Virus record (IMG/VR): IMGVR_UViG_3300029305_001279
DNA length: 64,000 nucleotides
Origin: a virus
Direction: 5' to 3' (one strand)
Part shown: positions 17,134-26,181 of the stretch, piece after piece
Layout: every line of letters begins with the position of its first letter
Numbering within the stretch: the stretch's first letter is position 1
Program-made: the position numbers and the translations under genes
Notes under the pieces: model-generated
Databases searched by the model: none
Told to the model about the DNA's origin: nothing
What the model saw: the letters and a program-made list of their open reading frames with translations, nothing else

Positions 17134-17508
17134 TGCGTGTGGCTCACGCACCCTTGAAACGATACATAGGGGAAAAGGGCTCTCTGTTTCTGTGGTGCAG
17201 CACGCAACAGAGGTGGCGACATAAATTATTAGATTGGCTGGCTCCGGCTTATAAAATCGAACGGATGCGACCGATGCACCGGCGCAGGGCTGAAAAGTTC
17301 CGTGATATTCCTTGGTATGGCTCTGGAATCGCAGAGCGAGGCGAAAAGGCCACCTGCAACGCGAGCGAAAGAGGCCGGCGGGTGGATAGAAGGATAATTG
17401 TGGAGTGGTACCGGCGGAGCTGAGGTTCCAGGCCGGTGTGTAGTTCACAGTGGTTACAGACCATACCGGGGATATGGTGAAAAGGAATACCCAGGAAAAG
17501 GAGAATAT

Positions 17509-17585
17509 GCCGCTGTAGCTGCAGCGGTTAGAGCAACTGACTTGTAATCAGTAGGTCGTGGGTTCAAATCCCACCAGCGGCTCCA
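17509..17585 (+). tRNA. tRNA-Thr (UGU)
   Basis: 77 nt; acceptor gccgctg/cagcggc, anticodon arm actga-CTTGTAA-tcagt, T arm gtggg-TTCAAAT-cccac, encoded CCA. Confidence 0.9.
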
Positions 17586-17687
17586 CCGGGCATAGCCCGG
17601 CATAATGTCCTCCTTTTTCTGTTTTCTGACGGCCCGGAAAGACGGGAAGACCTGGGGCGATGGTTATCTATCGCCCTGGGCACCTAC

Positions 17688-17761
17688 GTCGGCGTAGCTC
17701 AATGGTAGAGCACCTGCCTTCCAAGCAGGCAACGCGGGTTCGATTCCCGTCACCGGCTCCA
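17688..17761 (+). tRNA. tRNA-Gly (UCC)
   Basis: 74 nt; D arm gctc-aatggta-gagc, anticodon arm cctgc-CTTCCAA-gcagg, 4-nt variable loop, T arm gcggg-TTCGATT-cccgt, CCA; one C-A mismatch in the acceptor stem. Confidence 0.85.
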
Positions 17762-17854
17762 CTTGCTTTCATTCTTTTTCTCCTCTCCTAATGGCGGCTC
17801 GGAAAGACGAGAAGTGCCGTGCAGGCCTGGTAAACCTGCACGGTGCGCCATTAC

Positions 17855-17930
17855 GCTCATGTAACTCAGCTGGTAGAGTAACGGATTTTTAATCCGTGAG
17901 TCGCGGGTTCGATTCCCTCCATGGGCACCA
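17855..17930 (+). tRNA. tRNA-Lys (UUU)
   Basis: 76 nt; acceptor gctcatg/catgggc, D arm actc-agctggta-gagt, anticodon arm acgga-TTTTTAA-tccgt, T loop TTCGATT, CCA. Confidence 0.85.
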
Positions 17931-18022
17931 AAATACGTAACTATACTTTGCATATTTTCCGGCAAAGATGAAAGTTTGAGCATCAAAACAGAAAAATACG
18001 CAAATTGAAAGGGGGCGATGCC

Positions 18023-19606
18023 ATGATTATTCGTCCGCAGCCGAAGCAGGAGGAATTCCTGAGCAATCCGGCAGACATCATCATTTATGGTGGAGCCGCG
18101 GGCGGTGGTTAGCAAGGTAAGACATACGCCCTCCTCTTGGAAGAGTGCCGCAACAGCGACAACCCACGATTCAACTCGGTAATCTTCCGTAGAAATAACA
18201 CACAGATCTTCACGAACGGCGGTCTCTGGGATTCCGGCATGGCTCTGCTCCCTCTGATCGGCGCACAGCCGAAGAAAACCCCGAAACCGTCCTTCATCTT
18301 CCCATCCGGCGCAAAGGTAACATTCGACCACCTGGAACGTTACAGCGACTGCCTCTCTTACCAGGGCTCGCAGATCGTCTTCATCGGCTTTGACGAGCTG
18401 ACCCACTTCGACGAGGATGTCTTCTGGTATATGCTGTCCCGTAACCGTTCGGACTCCGGTATTCCCGGCTATGTCCGAGCTACCACCAACCCTGACCCTG
18501 ACTCATGGGTCCGCACATTCATTGACTGGTGGATTGGCCCTGATGGTCTGGCTATCCCGGAGCGCAGCGGCAAGATCCGCTGGATGATCCGAATCAACGG
18601 CGAGGTGGTCTGGGGCAATTCCCGGATGGAGCTGCTGCAGCGGCAGTTTGATGGTGACATCACCGCCGTGGACAAGAGCCACACATCGACGGATGAACTG
18701 TTCGTTCCGGATCCAAAGGACAGCAAGATCCAGATCATCGTCAAGCCCGGTGTGGAGGGCACACTGTACATAGCTACTCAGACAAAGCAGTTCTTCCAAT
18801 GGTCAGGCGGTGAGTACCGGGAGCTGATGCCCCCGAAGTCCGTGACCTTCATCTGCTCCACATTGCAGGACAATGCCATCCTGATGAAGAATGACCCGAG
18901 CTACCTGGCCAACCTGAAGGCCCTGCCCCTCGTTGAACAGGAGCGGCTGCTGGGCGGCAACTGGAACATCCGTCCTGCTGCTGGCCTTTACTTCCCTCGT
19001 GACAAGGCGAAGCTCATTGACGAGATACCGGATGACCTGGTGCGTGTTGTCCGCGCATGGGACCTTGCAGGCACAGAGGACAAGAAGAACAACAACCCCG
19101 AGGACGGCCCCGCATACACGGCCGGTGTGCTGATCGGCAAGCGCAAGAGCGGAAAGCTGGTTGTCCTCGACGTTATCAATAAGCGGCTCAATGCCAGCGA
19201 TGTGCGAAACCTGGTATTGACCACCGCACGAGCTGACAAGGCAGCATATAAATCCAAATACAGAATCCGCATGAACCAGGATCCCGGCCAGGCCGGTGTG
19301 GATCAGAAGGAACAGTACATAAAGCTGCTGTCCGGCTTCAGCGTCAACATCGAGCGAGAGTCCGGCAGCAAGGAAGTCCGCGCGGAGCCGCTGTCTGCTC
19401 AGTGGATCAACGGCAATGTGGAAGTCCTGAACAGACCATGGACATCAGAGTACCTGGCCCAGCTGGACGGCTTCCCAGACCGGAAGTTCAAGGATATGGC
19501 CGATGCCAGCAACACAGGCTTCCTGGAGCTGGAGAAGTTCAACACCGTATCCGTACCGAAGGACAACAGTGCCCTGGCCAAGCAGAGCTACTGGTTCAAG
19601 AATTAA
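18023..19606 (+). CDS. terL: terminase large subunit with an in-frame TAG in the Walker A loop
   Basis: ATG 18023 behind AGGGGG; MIIRPQPKQEEFLSNPADIIIYGGAAGGG-TAG(18110)-QGKTYALLLE..., same frame as track ORF 18137..19606 (IVFIGFDELTHF Walker B, nuclease C-domain); no other stop. Confidence 0.75.
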
Positions 19607-19627
19607 GAAAGCAGGTGACAACAAGGA

Positions 19628-21370
19628 ATGAGCGAGGAAATCGTGAAAGCCGAATCCGGCGAAGTGAAAACCGAAACCGGGCAAGCCGAGACCGCCAGAA
19701 GAATTAGCGGCAAGGAAATCGGCCGAATCGGTCAGCAGCGCTTTGGCATACACGGCAATGAATCCATCTTCATGGAGGAGTTCCTGCCTGAGCTGCAGGG
19801 CGACAAGGCTGTCCAGACCTATACCGAGATGATGGACAACGATGCGACCATCGGCGGTGTGTGGTTCGCCATTGAGATGCTGATGCGTAACACCGACTTC
19901 CAGATCGAGCCCGGCGGTGACTCCGAAATCGACAAGGAAGCGGCAGATTTCGTAGAATCCTGTATGTACGACATGGAGGAGACGTGGCCGGAGTTCCTGT
20001 CCGAGTGCCTGTCCTTCCTGCCCTACGGATGGAGCTACCATGAGATCGTGTACAAGCGCCGCATGGGCAGAAGCAACAATCCCAAAACCAACAGCAAGTA
20101 CAGCGACGGCCTGGTCGGTTGGCGGAAGCTCCCCATCCGCGCCCAGGACACGCTGATCGGCTGGGAATACCAGCCGGACTCTGATGACCTGACCGGCATG
20201 ACCCAGATGCCGGCTCCCGACTATGTCAAGGTCACCATCCCTCTCAATAAGGCGCTGCACTTCAAGACCCGATCCCGCAAGAACAACCCGGAAGGCCGCA
20301 GCATTTTCCGCAATGCCTACCGTGCATGGTACATAAAGAAGCGCCTGGAGGAAATCGAATCCTACGGCATGGAGCGGGACCTGGCAGGCTTCCCTGTCCT
20401 GTATGCTCCCGCAGGCATCAACATCTTCGACCCTGACGATCCCGAAATGGTTCGGCTCCTGGCCTATGCTCAGAGCCTCGTGTCCGGCATCCGCCGCGAT
20501 GCGATGGAGGGCATCGTGCTGCAGAACGGAACCCCGGATTCCCCCGGTTGGAAGCTGGAGCTGCTGGCATCGTCCGGCAAGCGGCAGTTCGACACCAACG
20601 CCATCATCGAGCGCTGGGACAAGCGAATTGCTACCACGGTCCTGGCTGACTTCGTTATGCTCGGTCAGCAGCAGGTCGGATCCTTCGCCCTGGCTGACAG
20701 CAAGACGAAGATCTTCGCTTTGGCAATCGGCGCCTACCTGGAAGTCATCTGCGAAGTGTTCAACAACCAGGCCATCCCCCGCCTGATCGATGCCAACGGC
20801 GACAAGTTCAAGGGCATCACCGACTATCCCGTCATGACCCATGGTGACATTGATGAAGTGGACATGGTACAGCTCTGCACCTACATCGAGAAGCTGGTGG
20901 GCGTCGGTCTGCTGACACCGGACGAGGAGCTGGAGAAGATGCTCCGCCGCGCGGGCAACCTGCCTGAGAAGCTGGAAACCGACACCCCCAAGGAGATGCA
21001 GCCCGGCGAGGATCCCAACGCAGACCCCAACGCGGAAACCCCTGAAAGCAAAACAGTCTACAAGGTGAAGAACATCCTTCGTGATTACACAAAGGGTGAA
21101 AGCACCCGTGATGCTGCAACTGAATTGCTTCGGGATATCGGCCTGGATGACAAGAAAATCAACTTCCACCTGAACGAAGCGGATAAGATTCGGGCAGAAC
21201 AGGAGAAGCGGAAGCAGGAAGACGCGAAGCTGAAAGCGCAGAATGCCGCTCAGAAGCCCGGGAAGGCACCTCAGAACCGTCGGAAGAAGAAACAGGAAGA
21301 AACACCTGTGGACGACGAAGAGGACGCGAGAAAGGCTCAGGAGGCCAAAAAGAGCCTGGGAAGGGAGTGA
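19628..21370 (+). CDS. portal protein (Mu gp29/DUF935-like)
   Basis: 580 aa directly after terL; VQTYTEMMDNDATIGGVWFAIEMLM... resembles DUF935-type portals; Lys/Glu-rich C-terminal tail. Confidence 0.65.
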   Translation: MSEEIVKAESGEVKTETGQAETARRISGKEIGRIGQQRFGIHGNESIFMEEFLPELQGDKAVQTYTEMMDNDATIGGVWFAIEMLMRNTDFQIEPGGDSEIDKEAADFVESCMYDMEETWPEFLSECLSFLPYGWSYHEIVYKRRMGRSNNPKTNSKYSDGLVGWRKLPIRAQDTLIGWEYQPDSDDLTGMTQMPAPDYVKVTIPLNKALHFKTRSRKNNPEGRSIFRNAYRAWYIKKRLEEIESYGMERDLAGFPVLYAPAGINIFDPDDPEMVRLLAYAQSLVSGIRRDAMEGIVLQNGTPDSPGWKLELLASSGKRQFDTNAIIERWDKRIATTVLADFVMLGQQQVGSFALADSKTKIFALAIGAYLEVICEVFNNQAIPRLIDANGDKFKGITDYPVMTHGDIDEVDMVQLCTYIEKLVGVGLLTPDEELEKMLRRAGNLPEKLETDTPKEMQPGEDPNADPNAETPESKTVYKVKNILRDYTKGESTRDAATELLRDIGLDDKKINFHLNEADKIRAEQEKRKQEDAKLKAQNAAQKPGKAPQNRRKKKQEETPVDDEEDARKAQEAKKSLGRE

Positions 21371-21375
21371 CCTGA

Positions 21376-21660
21376 ATGGCAGGATTCTATAAAACCGGAG
21401 AGACGAAGAAACGTCCCGGTGTGTACATGCGGATCGTCAACCGTGGAGCGGATGCAGTCAGCGCGGAGATCACCATCCCTGCAGCACCGACCCCTCCGGA
21501 GCTGACGGAAGAGCTGATCGTGTCGTACAGAGCGGGAGTCGTGCGGCTCACACTTCCGCTCGGCTGCACTGTTACTCACGATGGATCTGGAAACGTAACA
21601 CTGTCCGGTCTGGAATCGGTAGTGTATGACGATGAAGGAAATGTAACGATAGGAGGTTAA
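21376..21660 (+). CDS. hypothetical protein with sheath-like N-terminus
   Basis: 94 aa; MAGFYKTGETKKRPGVYMRIVNRG parallels the sheath N-terminus MAIFFKEGEIKKRPGVYQRHTNTG at 40023. Confidence 0.45.
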   Translation: MAGFYKTGETKKRPGVYMRIVNRGADAVSAEITIPAAPTPPELTEELIVSYRAGVVRLTLPLGCTVTHDGSGNVTLSGLESVVYDDEGNVTIGG

Positions 21661-21662
21661 AC

Positions 21663-23996
21663 ATGGCAACAGAACTGAAAAAGCTCACGGTCGATGCCAG
21701 CAACGGCTCATTCACATTTGAAGTCGTTGACGCAGAGGCCCGTGAGAAAGCAAACGCGGCGAAAGCCGCTGCCGAGGCCATCAAAGTGCCCACGGCTCTG
21801 CCCAACCCGAACACGCTGACCTTCACCGGCGGCGCAACGGGCACCTATGACGGATCCAAGCCCGTCACCATCAATATCCCGACCGGAGGTTCCGGTGAAC
21901 CTGGCGGTGCGAATGTGACCCTCGACACCACCCTGACCCAGAGCGGACAGGCGGCTGATGCTGCGGCTACCGGCGCGAGATTGACCGCACTGGAACAGCT
22001 GGGCGGCATCACCGTCATGGAGCCTGCGGACGATGATATCCCCAAGGTCTTTTTCGGTGATGCACTTCAGCAGACCAAGGACGAAAAGGTGGTATCTTTC
22101 CGCTATATCTCCAAAACACAGGACATTTCCGGTTATGCTGAAATCAAGGCACAGGGCAACAGTTCCATGAACTATCCCAAGAAGAACCAGACCGTCAAAA
22201 TGTTTGCGGATAAAGAATGCGCCGAAAAACTGAAGGTCGATTTCAAGGGATGGGGCAAGCAGAACAAGCACGTTTACAAGGCGAACTGGATTGACCTGAG
22301 CCATGCCCGAAATGTGGTGTCTGCCCGTCTGTGGGGCGATATCGTGAAAACCCGTGCCAACTATGCGGAACTGCCTGAACTGCTGAGAACGTCCCCCAAT
22401 CAGGGTGCAATCGATGGATTCCCGGTCACGGTCTATGCGGCTGGTGTGTATCAAGGCAGATATACCCTGAACATCCCGAAAGACAAGTGGATGTCTAACA
22501 TGGATGATAAGCTGGATACCCATTGCATCCTGTGCGGTGAAGGCTATAAGTCTGGCTGTTTCCGTGAAGCATCTGTAATACAGTGGACGGATGAAATCCA
22601 TGACGCAATGCCCGACTCTATCAAGAACCGCTGGATTGAGGTTATCAATTTTGTAATGAACAGTACCGATGATGAGTTCAAGGCGAATTTGGGGAATTAC
22701 TTCGATGTGCCCAGCCTGATCGACTATCACCTTTTCGGTCTGGCATCCTGTGGCATTGATGCCTATGGCAAGAATCAGCTTTACATGACCTTTGACGGTC
22801 AGACGTGGATTGCATCCATGTATGACATGGATAGTACATGGGGTTTATATTGGAACGCAAGTATGTTCCTTGCAACGGATTATCCCCGTACAAGCTATGA
22901 GGATTACCTGAACGATAGCAAGGAAGGAAATCTTCTTTATATCCGTCTGGAACAGCTTTTCAAGGATGAACTTCAGGCACGGTGGGCAGAACTGAAATCC
23001 GGTGCGCTGTCTATCGAGAACGTAATCAATCGGTTTGAGCGATTCACCGACATTGCCCCGGCTGAACTGATCAAAGAGGACTACGCAAACACCACTGGTG
23101 GTGGAGCATATACCGGAATCAAACAGCAGACCACCAACAATATTCAGCAGTTGCGTGGGTTTGCACTTGCAAGAATCGCATGGACGGATAAATATATTGC
23201 CGGACTTACTGGTGAAGTTGTTGAGCCTGACGAACCCGATATTCCCACTTCTGTACCGTGTACCGGAATTTCCCTGTCTGCATCCGAACTGACCTTTACG
23301 GCAGAGGGAACACAGGCACTGACCGCAACCGTACAGCCGACAGACACCACGGATATTGTGGTTTGGAGCAGTGATGCACCCGATATTGCGAGCGTGGAAA
23401 ATGGCGTTGTTACTGCCAAGGCAAACGGCAGCGCAGTGATTACCGCAACCTGTGGCGAACAGACCGCAACCTGTGCTGTGTCTGTCAGCGGAATTGTTGA
23501 CACTGCGGTATATAGTTTGGCGGAAACTACCGTGGATTCTACCACCATGATAGATACCGGCATCATGCTGATGGATGAAGATAAAGATTATACTGTATTC
23601 ATGGATTTCACGCCTCCTGCATGGGATGATATTACCGGAGAACGGTACTTTATGGACGCTGGTGGTCCTGCTCCTGATTATTTCGGCTGGTCATGGTGGA
23701 AAAACGGAAACTCTGGCGGAGCTGCATTTCATGGTGTTAGTGGTACCGTGCGCCTTTGGAGCGGCACGTATTGGGGTACTCGCCATAAGCTGGTTATTCG
23801 CTGCTCTGGTGGCTCCGTGAGTTATACCTGCGACGGTAAAACCGAAATGATTGCAGCTACGCTCACTAGACCCGGAAACCACACATCCACGCTGAAAATC
23901 GGTGGCTCCGCCGTGCTGAAGGGAACCATTCACAGTGCAAAGGTCTGGTTTGAAGCCAAGACGGACGAAGAATGTCTGGCTATGGTGAATGGCTAA
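21663..23996 (+). CDS. CotH-like domain protein with Big_2 and lectin-like C-terminal domains (putative fibre/host-interaction protein)
   Basis: 777 aa; KANWIDLSHARNVVSARLWGDIV, GFPVTVYAAGVYQGRYTLNIPKDK and DYHLFGL..CGIDAYGKNQLYMTFDG..W..SMYDMDSTWG fit the CotH family; ISLSASELTFTAEGTQALTATVQP...ITATCG is a Big_2 Ig fold. Confidence 0.6.
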   Translation: MATELKKLTVDASNGSFTFEVVDAEAREKANAAKAAAEAIKVPTALPNPNTLTFTGGATGTYDGSKPVTINIPTGGSGEPGGANVTLDTTLTQSGQAADAAATGARLTALEQLGGITVMEPADDDIPKVFFGDALQQTKDEKVVSFRYISKTQDISGYAEIKAQGNSSMNYPKKNQTVKMFADKECAEKLKVDFKGWGKQNKHVYKANWIDLSHARNVVSARLWGDIVKTRANYAELPELLRTSPNQGAIDGFPVTVYAAGVYQGRYTLNIPKDKWMSNMDDKLDTHCILCGEGYKSGCFREASVIQWTDEIHDAMPDSIKNRWIEVINFVMNSTDDEFKANLGNYFDVPSLIDYHLFGLASCGIDAYGKNQLYMTFDGQTWIASMYDMDSTWGLYWNASMFLATDYPRTSYEDYLNDSKEGNLLYIRLEQLFKDELQARWAELKSGALSIENVINRFERFTDIAPAELIKEDYANTTGGGAYTGIKQQTTNNIQQLRGFALARIAWTDKYIAGLTGEVVEPDEPDIPTSVPCTGISLSASELTFTAEGTQALTATVQPTDTTDIVVWSSDAPDIASVENGVVTAKANGSAVITATCGEQTATCAVSVSGIVDTAVYSLAETTVDSTTMIDTGIMLMDEDKDYTVFMDFTPPAWDDITGERYFMDAGGPAPDYFGWSWWKNGNSGGAAFHGVSGTVRLWSGTYWGTRHKLVIRCSGGSVSYTCDGKTEMIAATLTRPGNHTSTLKIGGSAVLKGTIHSAKVWFEAKTDEECLAMVNG

Positions 23997-24063
23997 CCAT
24001 CCGAACGTCAACCAAGGGGGTGGAAACACCCCCACCACAAGAAAGGAAAGGACGTGAAAGCAG

Positions 24064-25680
24064 ATGATTGAACTCGAAGGAGGAGCGCGGATCCTCAAAC
24101 AGTGGTCTCTGAACAAAAGAGTCATCATCGACAACTTCCTGCCCGGTACCCGCGTGGAGGTCATCAAGAAGTATGACAACAAGGACAGCGCACTGCCCGT
24201 GATGGCATACGAGGACGGAGGCCATGTGGTAGCTGACATCCCCAACATCCTCCTCCAGACTCCGGGATACATCCGTGTGTACGTCCTGCCGTCTGCGGAA
24301 GATGCTGAGCATAATCCTGAGATCAAGGATTTCAAAGTCACCAGGGAAGAGAAGCCGGAAGACTACGTTTACACGGAAACCAAGACCGTTTCCTTGCAGG
24401 CTCTGGAGAAGCGCGTGAGGGAGCTGGAACTGAACGGCGGTCAGGGAACTGTCAAGAGTATCAACGGCATGGAGCCTGATAAAAATGGCAACCTGGATCT
24501 CGTGACCGGCATCGGCAGAAAAGTGGATGGTAAAGTTCAAACGCCTTACGATCCAAACGAGGCCGGCGACTTTGAATACATCTACGAAGACCCGGTGGAA
24601 GCGCTGCCTGGCGCGGAAATCCTCAACGACTACGATAACAACATCGCTGTCGGCTACATGTCACAGGCGTCCGGCTACCAGACCCAGGCTATCGGCAACT
24701 ACAGCAAGGCTGAAGGATGGTGGACGAGAGCCGACGGGCAGTGCTCCGTTGCTTCCGGTCTTCTGTCCAGAGCTTCCGGCCACTTTACCCACGCAGAAGG
24801 CACCAGAACCCTGGCGTCCATTAACAATGCCCACAGCGAAGGCGACATGACCAAAGCGACCGGCAGACAGAGCCACAGCGAAGGCCAATCCACGGTGAGC
24901 AGCGGTTTCTGCTCCCATTCAGAGGGCAGTGCCACGGTATCTTCCGGCTATTACAGCCATGCCGAAGGATTGGGAACTACTGCAAAAGGCAAAAACCAAA
25001 CAGCAATGGGAAAATACAACATTGCTGATACCTCAAGTTTGCTGATTGTAGGCAAAGGCTCTGCAAGTAATCTCAGTAACGCATTCACCGTGTCCTCTTC
25101 AGGCACGGGATGGTTTGCAGGGTCGGTAACAAGCCTCGGCGCCGACTACGCTGAGTTCTTCGAGTGGGAGGACGGAAACCCCAACAAAGAGGATCGTGTC
25201 GGAATGGCGGTCACTCTGGTCGGCGATAAGATCCGGATCGCAAACGCACAGGACGACATCCTGGGCTTTATCACCGGTACCGCGATGGTCCTTGGCGATA
25301 ACGCAGAGTACGAATGGAAGTACAAATACCAAATGGACGACTACGGCCGCATCTTATACGAGGATCCCGTGGAGGAGTTCGTCGAGTATATGGACTACGA
25401 GCAGGGAGTTGTCGTAAGAGAATCCATCGGCTTCTGTGTACACCCAAAGCTGAGCCCGGAGTACAATCCCGACGAGGAATACGTCAGCCGCGAAAAACGC
25501 AAAGAGTGGGATCCGGTCGGCCTTATCGGCAAGCTGCGAGTCAATGACGACGGCAGCTGCACACCGGGCATGTATGCCAAGGTCACAGATGGCGGAATCC
25601 TGACCCACAGTGAGGAAAAGACGAACATGAGAGTGATGCGTCGTATTTCCGACCATGTTGTTCTCATGATGATGAAATGA
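24064..25680 (+). CDS. tail spike/fibre-like protein with beta-helix repeats and Peptidase_G2/IMC-type C-terminal domain
   Basis: 538 aa; repeats SHAEG/SHSEG..T.ASG; GADYAEFFEWEDGNPNKEDRVGMAVTLVGDKIRIA is the signature of the intramolecular-chaperone autoprocessing domain of phage appendages. Confidence 0.6.
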   Translation: MIELEGGARILKQWSLNKRVIIDNFLPGTRVEVIKKYDNKDSALPVMAYEDGGHVVADIPNILLQTPGYIRVYVLPSAEDAEHNPEIKDFKVTREEKPEDYVYTETKTVSLQALEKRVRELELNGGQGTVKSINGMEPDKNGNLDLVTGIGRKVDGKVQTPYDPNEAGDFEYIYEDPVEALPGAEILNDYDNNIAVGYMSQASGYQTQAIGNYSKAEGWWTRADGQCSVASGLLSRASGHFTHAEGTRTLASINNAHSEGDMTKATGRQSHSEGQSTVSSGFCSHSEGSATVSSGYYSHAEGLGTTAKGKNQTAMGKYNIADTSSLLIVGKGSASNLSNAFTVSSSGTGWFAGSVTSLGADYAEFFEWEDGNPNKEDRVGMAVTLVGDKIRIANAQDDILGFITGTAMVLGDNAEYEWKYKYQMDDYGRILYEDPVEEFVEYMDYEQGVVVRESIGFCVHPKLSPEYNPDEEYVSREKRKEWDPVGLIGKLRVNDDGSCTPGMYAKVTDGGILTHSEEKTNMRVMRRISDHVVLMMMK

Positions 25681-25705
25681 TGAACAATTATTCAAGGAGG
25701 AAACT

Positions 25706-26017
25706 ATGAAAAAGATTCTCGCACTCCTGCTGGCCGTGCTGCTGATCCTGGCCATGGTCATCCCCGTATTCGCTGTCACCCCCGATCTGGATGTCCCCGA
25801 CATGCCTGAGATCCCCGACATCTCCGATGACGTGGAAATCGAGCTGCCCGATGGCATCTTTGACGACTACATCCCCGACATCGACATCGACATTGAACTG
25901 CCCGAAGATCCTACTGAACCTCCCGCAGAACCTCCCATCGAGCCGCCCTATTTTAATTATTGCGAATTCCTGAAAGGCTGGTTCGAGTGGTGGATGCACG
26001 TCATCCGGTGCCGCTGA
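25706..26017 (+). CDS. secreted acidic Pro/Asp-rich protein
   Basis: 103 aa; signal peptide MKKILALLLAVLLILAMVIPVFA, then PDLDVPDMPEIPDISDD...IDIDIELPEDPTEPPAEPPIEPP. Confidence 0.5.
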   Translation: MKKILALLLAVLLILAMVIPVFAVTPDLDVPDMPEIPDISDDVEIELPDGIFDDYIPDIDIDIELPEDPTEPPAEPPIEPPYFNYCEFLKGWFEWWMHVIRCR

Positions 26018-26018
26018 T

Positions 26019-26132
26019 ATGGTTAAGGACTGCACCGAATGTGCAAAAAATGCACAATGCCTTGAACGCATCAAAGAGGGGACTGTGGTGTACTGCGGCA
26101 GCTCACTCTGCAAACCTACCCCGAAAGCATAA
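26019..26132 (+). CDS. possible 37-aa Cys-rich peptide
   Basis: MVKDCTECAKNAQCLERIKEGTVVYCGSSLCKPTPKA; starts 1 nt after upstream stop; followed by 10-bp hairpin aagcccctcc/ggaggggctt. Confidence 0.25.
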   Translation: MVKDCTECAKNAQCLERIKEGTVVYCGSSLCKPTPKA

Positions 26133-26181
26133 CCCCAAGCCCCTCCTGTCCGGAGGGGCTTCACCAAAAGGAGGAAACATC

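Noticed and set aside
17060-17508. tmRNA or permuted tmRNA
   Set aside because: The tRNA-like part is a complete cloverleaf rather than an acceptor/T-arm-only domain. I could find no plausible tag reading frame ending in a hydrophobic ...AA tail in the following 375 nt.
18110-18112. Global reassignment of TAG to a sense codon (alternative genetic code), or a suppressor tRNA among the phage tRNAs
   Set aside because: TAG terminates other well-defined genes here (15887-15889, 32140-32142, 60357-60359). No other long gene contains an in-frame TAG. None of the four tRNA(-like) genes has a CUA anticodon.
17750-18406. Minus-strand ORF of 218 aa spanning tRNA-Gly, tRNA-Lys and the terL start
   Set aside because: It overlaps two canonical tRNA genes and the N-terminus of terL. 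It has no SD and no recognisable domains.
19445-21169. Very long antisense ORFs opposite real genes (e.g. 2064..3596, 19445..21169, 28365..30233, 35750..37723, 39753..41483, 44721..46766, 48728..50527)
   Set aside because: These are typical shadow ORFs of GC-rich coding DNA. Their products are Gly/Val/Leu/Asp-rich with no recognisable motifs, have no SD sites, and each fully overlaps a + strand gene with clear family signatures.
21663-25680. Diversity-generating retroelement targeting the fibre-like genes (also 51089..53196)
   Set aside because: No reverse transcriptase ORF is present in the window, and I saw no template/variable repeat pair near the C-termini of these genes.
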